From contig JBFWWV010000001.1 of assembly GCA_050245995.1 (NCBI GenBank), forward strand, positions 175,437 to 239,436: a DNA stretch of 64,000 nt, given 5' to 3'. The notes under the pieces were generated by a model. That model was not told the DNA's origin and made no database searches. It saw only the letters and a program-made list of their open reading frames with translations. The translations under genes and the position numbers were made by a program. Origin of the DNA: Planctomycetota bacterium (lineage in GTDB: Bacteria > Planctomycetota > UBA1135 > UBA2386). Below are positions 47,037-55,481 of this stretch, piece after piece (within the stretch, counting starts at the first letter, position 1; the number at the start of each line of letters is the position of its first letter).

Positions 47037-49933
47037 CACGGGCGGTTCAGGTCGAAGTAGGTGAACAGGGTCATGCCGTCCTGGCCGAGCGCCTTGAGGC
47101 CGGCGAACTTGTCGAGCGCGCCGGTCACGCGGAAGATCGACGCGGCGTACTCCTTGTACGTGCTGTCCTTCTCGCCTGCCTGCTTGGCGAACCAGTAGCT
47201 CTCCCACTGGAAGCGGTACCAGTCGAGCGTGTACTTCTGGTTGTCGCGCAGCGCCCAGGTCCGGTACTCGGTGAAGTACTTGTCGTACGCCTCCTTGAAC
47301 CGACCGAGCGCCGGCTCCTTCACGCCGCGGCCGCTCTGGTTGATGTAGAACCAGCCGCCGAGCGCCTTGCAGATCAGCCGCTTGAGCTCGTACTGGTTGG
47401 GGTTCGCCTGCTCGGCGGCGAGCAGCATGTCGAGCGCCTGCTGGAACTGCCGCTGCTGCAGCAGCGCCTCGCCGATCTTCGGCCGCACGGTCAGGTCGAT
47501 CACGTCCTTGGTGCGCTCGTCGGTCTCGCTGCCGTAGAGCTGCAGCGCCTTCTGCGCGACCTCGTCGACCTTCTTCCAGTCGCCGAGCCGCTCGAAGGCG
47601 TTCATGGTGTGCACCAGGATGCCGAGCTGCGGCTGCTGCGAGTTGCGCATGTACTCGATGCCGAGGCCGGTCAGCTGCGTGCGCGCCTGGCGCAGGTCGT
47701 TGCGGAGCTTCTCGACGTCGGCGCCGGGCTTGTCGGTCGCGAACGCGGCGTCGAGCTCCTTGCTGATGTTCTCGGCGTGGTCGAGCTGGGCGGCGAAGAT
47801 CACGCTGGCGAGGCGCGAGGCGCGGCCCTCGTCGAGGTCCTTGAGCTGCATGTAGGCGGTGTTGGCCTTGGCGAGGTCGCCGAGGTCGCTGTGCAGGCGG
47901 CCGAGGTAGTCGATGGCCTGCGCCAGGCTGCTCTCCTTGGACTGGCCGTGGTTGGCGACGAACGCCTGCAGCAGTTCGATCGCGCGCGGGTACTTCGCGG
48001 TGTCCTTCTCGATCTTCAGACCGCTGTCGCCGTAGGCCTCGGCATAGGCCATGAAGGCCTGCGTGAAGTCCATCTCGCGGACGGCGAACTCGCGCACCTG
48101 CGCCTTGTCCGTGCGCTTGGGGTCGAGCACCGCCTCCTTGGTCTCGAGCCACTGCCGGTAGGCGTCGATGCCCGCGCGTGCCTTCTGGAAGTCGCCGGCG
48201 CCGCTGTAGGCCTTGACCATGCGCGCGCGCGCCAGCTCGTAGTAGAGGAAGTCCAGCGGCACCTGCGCGTAGGCCGCGGCCGCGGCCTCCCAGTTGCGCT
48301 CGCCGAAGTTCTTGTTGCCGTTCTTCCAGTGCACCTTGCCGGCGCCGGCGGTCGAGAACTCGAGCACCAGCGGCTCGGCGCCGTCGAACACCGGCTTCAG
48401 GTTGGCGTCGTTCTTGGTCACCGACTTCAGCGCCGTGACCGCGCGGTCGAGGCGGTCGGCGACGTCGCTGGCGGAGTCCGCCTCGCTGCCGTCGCCCTTG
48501 TTGCCGAACTTGCGCAGGCCCTGCTGCAGCGCCAGCACCGACTCCAGGTAGCGGTCGGTCGCGGCGAAGCACTTGCCGAGCATGTCGTAGGCCTCGAGGC
48601 CCAGCTCCTGCTGCTCGTCGGCGTTCATCGCCGCCAGCGCGCGACGCAGGCCCTGGATCGCGGCCTCGTGATTGTTGTTCTGGTACTCGCCCTTGGCGAT
48701 CTCGAACAACAGCTTGCCCGACACCAGGCTCTTCTGCGCCTCGAGGATGTCGCTGAGAACGGCCTTGGCCTTCACGCCGACGTAGTCGCTCGGGTGCTTG
48801 TCGTTGATCTTCTGCACCATCGCGAGCGCCTGCTGCACCTTCTTCGGGTCGCCCGACTCGGCCAGGAAGCGGCACTCGACCAGGAAGGTCAGGTGGCCGT
48901 GGCGCGGGTGGCAGACGTCGAGCGGGTCGAGGCCCTTCTCGCCGAACTTGGCCAGGTTGTCGTGGAACGACTGGAACAGGTCCTTGGCCGCGTCCATCTG
49001 GCCCTGCTCGAACAGCAGCTCGCTGAGGTGCGCGTAGACCTCCTGCATCATGTCGAACAGGAACGCGAGCGTCTCGCCGCTGAGCTCGGTGTCCTCCGAG
49101 TTGAGCGTCATCGCGATCGAGTCGATCGTGCCGCGGTAGGCGTCGATCGCGGTCGGCACCTTGCCGGCGACCTCGTAGCACTGCGCGATCTCGAACAGGC
49201 CGCGCAGGCCGAGCGCGGTCTCCTCGCCGACCTCGAGCACCATCTCCTCGAGCTCGCCGATCGCGCGGTCGATCAGGTGGCCGCGGTCCTGCTTGACCGC
49301 GCGGCCGTGCTCGCGCATCAGCACGCCCTTGCGCATCCACGTGAGGCCGTACTCGAGCTTCTTCTGCGGGTCCTTGGTCTCGGGCTCGAGCGTGCGCATC
49401 ACGCTGTCGCACGACTCGACGCCGAGGATGAAGACCTCCTTGGCCTCGTTCTCGAGCTCCTCGACGGTCTCGGGCGCGTCGACGCGCGCGATCTCGAGCT
49501 CCTCGTTGAGGAACTGGCCGAACTCCTGCGCCGCCTCGGCGAGCGTCGCGCGCGCGTCGCGCTGCACGACCGTGTCGCTGGAGCGTTCGAGCAGCTCCTT
49601 GCTCTGGTCGAGCGCCTTCTTGTAGTCGGCGCGCTGCTCGGTGCGGTTCTGCTTGATGCGCGCGCCGAACAGCGACACCTCGACGCGCAGCTGCAGGATG
49701 CGGTCCTGGTCGGAGGACGACTTGTAGGACTGCTCGAGCCGCGCCAGCTCGCTCTGCGCCAGCGACACGAGGCCCAGTTCGCGGGCCAGGCCGCGCACGA
49801 AGGTCATCTCGCGGTCGATCGGGGTCGGCGCTTGCGCTGCGGCGCTGGTGACCAGGGTGCCCAGCGCGATGGCCGTGGCGAAGAAGGAACGCGTCGCAGG
49901 GCCGCTGGGGCGGCACCGGGTGCGGTGGATCAC
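47036..49933 (-). CDS. Large periplasmic all-helical TPR-like protein (~965 aa)
   Basis: ORF 47036..49996. GTG 49933 preferred (GGAG 9 nt upstream), giving VIHRTRCRPSGPATRSFFATAIALGTLVTSAAAQA as signal. Normal, lower-GC composition, many helix-pair repeats (GDFQKARAGIDAYRQWL, LAKANTAYMQL, QFQQALDMLLAAEQANP). Confidence 0.7.
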   Translation of the reverse strand: MIHRTRCRPSGPATRSFFATAIALGTLVTSAAAQAPTPIDREMTFVRGLARELGLVSLAQSELARLEQSYKSSSDQDRILQLRVEVSLFGARIKQNRTEQRADYKKALDQSKELLERSSDTVVQRDARATLAEAAQEFGQFLNEELEIARVDAPETVEELENEAKEVFILGVESCDSVMRTLEPETKDPQKKLEYGLTWMRKGVLMREHGRAVKQDRGHLIDRAIGELEEMVLEVGEETALGLRGLFEIAQCYEVAGKVPTAIDAYRGTIDSIAMTLNSEDTELSGETLAFLFDMMQEVYAHLSELLFEQGQMDAAKDLFQSFHDNLAKFGEKGLDPLDVCHPRHGHLTFLVECRFLAESGDPKKVQQALAMVQKINDKHPSDYVGVKAKAVLSDILEAQKSLVSGKLLFEIAKGEYQNNNHEAAIQGLRRALAAMNADEQQELGLEAYDMLGKCFAATDRYLESVLALQQGLRKFGNKGDGSEADSASDVADRLDRAVTALKSVTKNDANLKPVFDGAEPLVLEFSTAGAGKVHWKNGNKNFGERNWEAAAAAYAQVPLDFLYYELARARMVKAYSGAGDFQKARAGIDAYRQWLETKEAVLDPKRTDKAQVREFAVREMDFTQAFMAYAEAYGDSGLKIEKDTAKYPRAIELLQAFVANHGQSKESSLAQAIDYLGRLHSDLGDLAKANTAYMQLKDLDEGRASRLASVIFAAQLDHAENISKELDAAFATDKPGADVEKLRNDLRQARTQLTGLGIEYMRNSQQPQLGILVHTMNAFERLGDWKKVDEVAQKALQLYGSETDERTKDVIDLTVRPKIGEALLQQRQFQQALDMLLAAEQANPNQYELKRLICKALGGWFYINQSGRGVKEPALGRFKEAYDKYFTEYRTWALRDNQKYTLDWYRFQWESYWFAKQAGEKDSTYKEYAASIFRVTGALDKFAGLKALGQDGMTLFTYFDLNRP

Positions 49934-50202
49934 GGGGCGGACTCCGGAATGCACGTGGGAAGCTGTAGTTACTGCCGGTCCAGGGTGCGGCCGCACCCGG
50001 ATCGGACAAAGACCAGCGCGGAGGGGGCCTCGATCCGCGCCGTCGGAGGAACGGGGAGCATAGCGAGCGGTTCAGTGGATCCAACCGCGACCGACGCGGG
50101 GATCCACGGGGACCCACCGCGATGGATGGTGTGCCGGCGGGGGAAGCCGGCGCGCGGCGCAGGTCCGCGTGGGGAAGGGCCGCGTCGGAAAGGGCCGCGC
50201 GG

Positions 50203-50228
50203 CGCCGACGCCAGCGCGGGCGTCGGCG
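50203..50228 (-). terminator. Perfect 10-bp GC hairpin ~30 nt downstream of the second secretin stop
   Basis: cgccgacgcc-agcgcg-ggcgtcggcg. No T-run. Confidence 0.35.
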
Positions 50229-50259
50229 GGGCGGCGCCGCGGGCGCCGCCGGGCCGCGT

Positions 50260-52905
50260 TCAGCGGCTCGACGTCAGGATGCTGCCGTCCGGCAGCGCGA
50301 TCGCCTCGGGCTGCAGCTCCTCCATGATCACGATCTTGGCGTTGATCAGGATCAGGATCTTGCGGTTCTGCAGCGAGGTGCCCTTGCGGCTGAACAGGAA
50401 CGACAGGCCCGGCAGGTCCTTGAGGAAGGGCACGCCCGACGTCAGGTTCTGGCGTTCCACCAGGCGCATGCCGCCCAGCATCATCGTGCCTCCGTCCGGC
50501 ATCGTCACCGTGGTGCGCACGCGCTGCAGGGTCACCTCCGGCAGCTGGATCGAGATCGGCTGACCGACGCCCAGCGTGGTGGTGAAGTTCGGGATCGGCA
50601 GCTGCAGCGTCATCACCGTCGGGCGCAGCTCCATCGTGATGAACTTGAGGTCGCTGTCGACGACCGGGCGCACGTCCAGCGCGACGCCGTCGTGGACCGT
50701 GCCGATCACCGGGTTGGCGACCGCCGCGGCCTGCGCGATCTCGACCTCGAAGTCGCGGATGTAGCTGATGTTGCGCAGCACGTGCATGCTGGCGCGGGTG
50801 TTGTTGTAGATCAGCAGGCGCGGCGCCTCGATCTGCTCGCTGCGCTCCTGCTTGCTGACCGCGCGCAGCACGGCCTCGACCTCGGTGTCGTCGAGGAAGG
50901 CGTACTGCAGCGACAGGCCGCCCGCGTTGGTGAGGCCGTCCGACGTGCCGCCGAGCGTGCTGTCGAACAGGTTCTCGGCGCGCGCCATCAGGTCGCCGTC
51001 GTTGCCGTCGTCGAAGAACAGGCCGGGCTCGGTGCCGGTGCCGACCGGGCCGGGGGTGGCCGGGTTCTGCTGCTGGCTCGGGCCGAAGTCGTCGAAGCCG
51101 GCGTTCTGGCGCGGGCCCTGCTTCTCGAGGCCGCGACCGGCCAGGCCCTGGGCCGCCTGGTTGCCCAGGCCGCGGAGGTCGACGCCGACGTCCTCGAGGA
51201 AGTTGTCCTCGACCTTCAGGAAGCGCGACTCGACGTCGACCTGGATGCCGACGTTGCGGCGCAGGTCGGCGAGCAGCTTGACGATGCCGTTGTGCGTGTC
51301 GCGGTCGGCGCGCACCAGCAGCATGCCGGCCTGGAAGTTCATCGTGAACGGGCTGCCTTCCCACATGCCCTCGGCGATCGCCTCCTTCAGGATGTCCTGC
51401 AGGCGGCTCTCGTCGACGACCGACGGCATCGGGTCCTCGTCGACCTCGGGGAACAGCGGCGAATCGTCGTCGGGGGCCTTCAGCTTCAGGTTCGGGCCCG
51501 GCTTGCTGCGGAAGCCCTGCACCAGGTCGCTGACCTTGTAGCGCTCGTAGTAGAGCGTGCCGATCGCGTTCTCGGGCGTGACCAGCTGCACGAGGCCGTG
51601 GTTGACGCGGTAGCCGACGCCGGTCTGCGCGCGGATCACCTTCAGCGCGTCGGCGACCGAGCGGCGCGACAGGCGGAAGTCGGTCAGCGTGGTGGTGTCG
51701 GCGTCCATGCCCTCGACGTCGGCGCCGACCAGGAAGGTCACGCCGGTGAGGTTGCCGTAGTAGGTCGCCCAGTCCTGCACCGTCGCGCTCGGGAAGTTGT
51801 GCTCCAGCACGGTCTCCTCGAGCTTCTTGGCGATGGCCTGGTTCTCCGGGCTGTCGAGCTCGCTCGGCGACGTGAACGACGCCGACTTGCGCTGCGACAC
51901 CTCGGCCCAGCGGATCGGGTCGAAGACCACCGTGTCGGTCTGCGGCAGGTTGGCCTGGCGCAGCTCGAGGATGGTGGCGTTCCACTCCTGGCGCCAGCGC
52001 TCGCGGTGCAGCTCGAGCGCGGCGTTGTGGCGCGCGCGGTCGGCCAGGTCGCGCAGCGCGACGGTGGCGGCGTTGGTCGGGTCGATCAGCAGCGCCTGGT
52101 CGACGCGCTCGACGGCGGCCGCGTACTGGCCCGACTGGAACTGCAGGTTGGCGTCCTCGAGCAGGCGCTCGATGCGCACCTCGCGGGCCTGCTGCTGGTC
52201 GCGGGCGATGCGGGCGAGCTCGGCCTCCGAGGCGGCGCGCATCGACTCGAGGTTCTGCTTGTCGGCCTCGACCTTGCGGCCCTGCGCGCTCTGCAGCTCC
52301 ATCTCGGCGCGGCGCAGCAGCGGGTCGTTGGGCTGGAAGTGCGGCGACAGGCGCAGCGTCGCCAGCGCGCGCTGGTAGCTCTCGATCGCGCGGCCGAAGG
52401 CCTGCTGCTCCATGTAGGCGTTGGCCTGCTCCAGCTCGCGCTCGACCAGCGTGCGGTCGCGCTCGGCGGCGATGCGGTTCTGCAGGATCTGGTCGCCGAA
52501 GCGGTCGCCGGTGCTGGCCACGCGATCGCCCAGCACCGCGTTGCAGCGGCGCAGGATGTCGCGGGCCTCCTCGTTCTGGTTGTCCAGCTCGAGCGCGAAG
52601 GCGGCCTCGTTGCGCGCGTCCTCGAACAGGCGCGCCTGCATCGAGCGGCGGGCGTTCTCCAGCGCCTGCTGGACGAGGGCCTGGTTGCCCTGGCGGCCCT
52701 GGCCCTGGGGGTCCTGGGGCGCAGCGGCGCCGAAGTCGTCGAACGGCGCGCTGGCGAGCGTCTCGGCCGCGGCGGGCGCGGGTTCGCCCATCGCCTGTCC
52801 GTTGTTCCCCGTGCCGGGGTTCGCCGTCGTGCCGGAGCAGGCGGCCAATGCGAGCAGCGAGGACGCATAGAGGCCGCGAAGGCGCAGGGTCTCAACCTTG
52901 ATCAT
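50260..52905 (-). CDS. Secretin-family outer-membrane channel, lipoprotein-type, paralog of 40589..43207
   Basis: MIKVETLRLRGLYASSLLALAACSG (lipobox LAAC). About 350 aa TPR-like (YMEQQAFGRAIESYQRAL, FQSGQYAAAVERVDQALLIDP). N0-like VQDWATYYGNLTGVTFLVGADV...SVADALKVIRAQTGVGYRVNHGLVQLV. Secretin core TVTMPDGGTMMLGGM...GVPFLKDLPGLSFLFS. Confidence 0.88.
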   Translation of the reverse strand: MIKVETLRLRGLYASSLLALAACSGTTANPGTGNNGQAMGEPAPAAAETLASAPFDDFGAAAPQDPQGQGRQGNQALVQQALENARRSMQARLFEDARNEAAFALELDNQNEEARDILRRCNAVLGDRVASTGDRFGDQILQNRIAAERDRTLVERELEQANAYMEQQAFGRAIESYQRALATLRLSPHFQPNDPLLRRAEMELQSAQGRKVEADKQNLESMRAASEAELARIARDQQQAREVRIERLLEDANLQFQSGQYAAAVERVDQALLIDPTNAATVALRDLADRARHNAALELHRERWRQEWNATILELRQANLPQTDTVVFDPIRWAEVSQRKSASFTSPSELDSPENQAIAKKLEETVLEHNFPSATVQDWATYYGNLTGVTFLVGADVEGMDADTTTLTDFRLSRRSVADALKVIRAQTGVGYRVNHGLVQLVTPENAIGTLYYERYKVSDLVQGFRSKPGPNLKLKAPDDDSPLFPEVDEDPMPSVVDESRLQDILKEAIAEGMWEGSPFTMNFQAGMLLVRADRDTHNGIVKLLADLRRNVGIQVDVESRFLKVEDNFLEDVGVDLRGLGNQAAQGLAGRGLEKQGPRQNAGFDDFGPSQQQNPATPGPVGTGTEPGLFFDDGNDGDLMARAENLFDSTLGGTSDGLTNAGGLSLQYAFLDDTEVEAVLRAVSKQERSEQIEAPRLLIYNNTRASMHVLRNISYIRDFEVEIAQAAAVANPVIGTVHDGVALDVRPVVDSDLKFITMELRPTVMTLQLPIPNFTTTLGVGQPISIQLPEVTLQRVRTTVTMPDGGTMMLGGMRLVERQNLTSGVPFLKDLPGLSFLFSRKGTSLQNRKILILINAKIVIMEELQPEAIALPDGSILTSSR

Positions 52906-53235
52906 GCTATGCCTGCAGAGGGGAGGAGCGGTCCGTGGGGTGGGGCGAGCGGGAGGGGCTGTGGCTGGACGATCGGGGATCGCCGCGCCTTTGGCGCTTG
53001 GGGTGCAGTGCCGAAAGAACGAACCGCGCCGGTGCGGCCTCGTTGCGAAACACGGCGGCGTGGGCGAGCCGCGGTTGCGAGCATGTTTCGGCGAGAGGCT
53101 GCGGGGCGGGGTCTCCGAACCCAGGACGGATCCTGGGGCCAGGGTCGGCGGACGCTAGCGGCTGAGGAGGGGGCGGTCAAGATTTGCAATGGCTTGAACC
53201 GGCGGTGGCAAGGGCGCCTCTGGCCGTCCGCGGCC

Positions 53236-53295
53236 CAGTCGATGGCCCAGTCTGGGGCCCAGTCGGGGATTCAGTCGGGGATTCAATCGGGGCCT
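53236..53295. repeat. 12-bp tandem repeat, 5 units, abutting the UDG stop codon
   Basis: cagtcgatggcc cagtctggggcc cagtcggggatt cagtcggggatt caatcggggcct. Confidence 0.85.
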
Positions 53296-54209
53296 CAGCC
53301 CGGCGCGGTCGGCGGCACCTCGGGGCGGCCGAGCAGGCGATTGACCCGCTTGATGTCCTCCCAGGTGTCGCGCTTCCTGGCCGGCTCGCGCAGCAGGTAG
53401 GCGGGGTGCCAGGTCACCACGACCGGGGTGCCGCAGTAGGACAGGTCGCGCCCGCGCAGCGCGCGCATCGGCTCGGTGGTCGACAGCAGGTTGTGGGCGG
53501 CGACGCGGCCCATCGCCACGATCACCTTGGGCTGCAGCAGCTCCACCTGCTGCTTGAGGTACGGCAGGCACGCCGCGACCTCGTCGGGCTCCGGGTCGCG
53601 ATTGCCCGGCGGGCGGCACTTGTTGACGTTGGCGATGAACACGTCCTCGCGGCGCAACCCCATGGCGCCTTCGAGGATGCGGTCGAGCAGCTGGCCGGCC
53701 GGACCGACGAACGGGCGGCCAGTGCGGTCCTCGACGGCGCCCGGCGCCTCGCCGACGAACAGCACCGGCGGGGTCGAGGTGCCCTCGCCGAAGACGACCG
53801 AGCGCCGGCCCTCGCACAGCTTGCACTTGCGGCACTGGAGGACCTCGGCGCGCAGCGCGGCGATCGCGGGGTGCTCGGCGCCGGCTGGGGGCTCGGGTGT
53901 TGGCGGCGAGGCCGCAGGGGCAGCGGCCGCCGCAGCGGGCGTCGATGCCGGCGTCCTGGGTGCGGGCGCGGGGCGGCTCCCGACTGGAGTCGAGGCTGGC
54001 GGGCTCGCGGCCGCCGGCGCGGCGCCGGGGCGCCAGCCGCGGGTCGGGCGCGCCGGGGCCGATTCGGCTTCCTCCCGATCGTCGGCCGCGCCCGCCTTGG
54101 CGGGGTGCGACGTCGCGGGCGGCGGCTTCACCGGCAGCAGCAGGTCGGGCCCGTAGGCTGCGAGCGCGCCCTCCAGGTGCTGCAGCAGGGGATCGCGCGC
54201 GGGGGCCAC
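53295..54209 (-). CDS. Uracil-DNA glycosylase, family 4, with Pro/Ala-rich N-terminal extension
   Basis: CRKCKLCEGR, FVGEAPGAVED, GPAGQLLD, NVNKCRPPGNRDP, VTWHPAYLLR. Confidence 0.9.
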   Translation of the reverse strand: MAPARDPLLQHLEGALAAYGPDLLLPVKPPPATSHPAKAGAADDREEAESAPARPTRGWRPGAAPAAASPPASTPVGSRPAPAPRTPASTPAAAAAAPAASPPTPEPPAGAEHPAIAALRAEVLQCRKCKLCEGRRSVVFGEGTSTPPVLFVGEAPGAVEDRTGRPFVGPAGQLLDRILEGAMGLRREDVFIANVNKCRPPGNRDPEPDEVAACLPYLKQQVELLQPKVIVAMGRVAAHNLLSTTEPMRALRGRDLSYCGTPVVVTWHPAYLLREPARKRDTWEDIKRVNRLLGRPEVPPTAPG

Positions 54210-54218
54210 GACGCCGTT

Positions 54219-55388
54219 CTACCGCGAGCGCCGGCGGCGGGCCACGGCGCGCCGGGCCGGCGCACGGCGGTCCGGCTGCTCGGCCGCGACCGCGCGCGGG
54301 AACACGCCGTAGCTGTGCGCCAGGCTCGCGGTCGCGCCGAGCGCGAACACCGAGTGCCAGGCGACGTCGTCGAAGCCGTTCGACGGCAGCAGGATCGTGT
54401 CGCCGGCCTCGAGCACGAACAGCGCGCCCGCGGCGGCGAGCCGCTGCGCGAACGCGGCGTCGCGGTTGAGCCGGCGCCACAGCCAGCGGTCGTCGGTGTC
54501 GTCGAGCCGGCGCAGCCAACGCGCGTCGGCGCTGCGGCTGCGGTCGCCTTCGTTCGCCGCGAGCAGCCGCGCCAGCCGCCGCTTGCCGAGCGCGAGCCAC
54601 GCCGTGTGCCCCTGGAGCTGGCTGAAGCACACGCCGAGCTGACCGGGCTCGGCGTCGTGGTGGAACATCGCGCCGCCGCCCGGCGCGTTGTTGTAGACGA
54701 TCCGTTCGGACAGCCGGAACGGCCGCGGGATCAGGTGCTGCAGCAGGTCCTGCAGCGGCTCGCACGCGTCGATCGCCGCGCACTCGGGGAAGCTGCTGCG
54801 CGCGAACGCGTCGACCGCGCACGACACCGCCTCGCTGGCGTGCTGCCAGCCGTCGGGGCTGCCGTCGCCGCTGCTGAAGCGGATCCGCATCGACGCGTCG
54901 GACTGGTCGTCGGCGATCCACGCCAGGGCGGCCCACAGGTCGCGCGCGATGGCGCCGTCGAGATCCGTGTGGTCGACCCACACGCGCTCGCGATCGCGCG
55001 GGTCGTCGTTCTCTTCGCTGCTGCCCGTGTACTCGAACGCGGTGGCGCCGCGGAGCCGCGCCTCCAGCTCGTCGAGGAAGTCGCCGCCCGCGCGCAGCCG
55101 GTCGAACATCGCCAGCGAATCGGCGATCGCCGCGCGCCACAGCACAGGACCGTCGCCGAGCGCGCCCGGCACGAACACCGGTTCGCCCGCGCGCCACAGC
55201 CGGAGCGCCGTCGCGCGGTCGTGCACCGTGCGGTGCACCGGCAGCGCGAAGCCGAAGTCGACGCCGCGGCGGTGGACCGGCCACGCGGTGCGGCCGCGCT
55301 GTTCCCAAGACCGGGCGAGCGCGTCGCTGCCCGGCGGCAGCAGGCGGGCGGCGGCGGGCAGCAGCGGGCGGGCGGGGGCGGCGGGCAC
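54219..55388 (-). CDS. Cupin/JmjC-like (possible 2OG-Fe(II) oxygenase fold) hypothetical protein
   Basis: Tail of ORF 54219..56381. There is no ATG; GTG 55388 is proposed. GGGAMFHHDAEPGQLG (HxD), FVLEAGDTILLPSNG...AWHSVF (distal His). Start uncertain. Confidence 0.4.
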   Translation of the reverse strand: MPAAPARPLLPAAARLLPPGSDALARSWEQRGRTAWPVHRRGVDFGFALPVHRTVHDRATALRLWRAGEPVFVPGALGDGPVLWRAAIADSLAMFDRLRAGGDFLDELEARLRGATAFEYTGSSEENDDPRDRERVWVDHTDLDGAIARDLWAALAWIADDQSDASMRIRFSSGDGSPDGWQHASEAVSCAVDAFARSSFPECAAIDACEPLQDLLQHLIPRPFRLSERIVYNNAPGGGAMFHHDAEPGQLGVCFSQLQGHTAWLALGKRRLARLLAANEGDRSRSADARWLRRLDDTDDRWLWRRLNRDAAFAQRLAAAGALFVLEAGDTILLPSNGFDDVAWHSVFALGATASLAHSYGVFPRAVAAEQPDRRAPARRAVARRRRSR

Positions 55389-55481
55389 GCGCGGGAGCGT
55401 AGCCGGGCGCCGGCGCAGAGCAGCGGCTCTGGTCGTTGTTGGAGAACGGGCGGGGTGGACGCCGGCTGCCCGCCGTGCATC

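Noticed and set aside
45894-50117. 1407-aa minus-strand ORF spanning the TPR region
   Set aside because: Its first ~1000 aa are an out-of-frame Arg/Gly-rich shadow of the real 47036..49996 gene, which has normal composition and a signal peptide. Only the last 380 aa (ATG 47036) are kept.
40589-52905. Annotating the block as a type II secretion or type IV pilus operon
   Set aside because: No GspE/PilB-type ATPase, inner-membrane platform, pseudopilin/pilin or prepilin peptidase genes are present. The neighbours are ExbB/ExbD and TPR proteins instead.
40589-52905. Calling it a TonB system
   Set aside because: No ORF has a Pro-rich spacer plus a TonB C-terminal-like domain, and no TonB-dependent receptor (plug plus 22-strand barrel, C-terminal Phe) is recognisable in the window.
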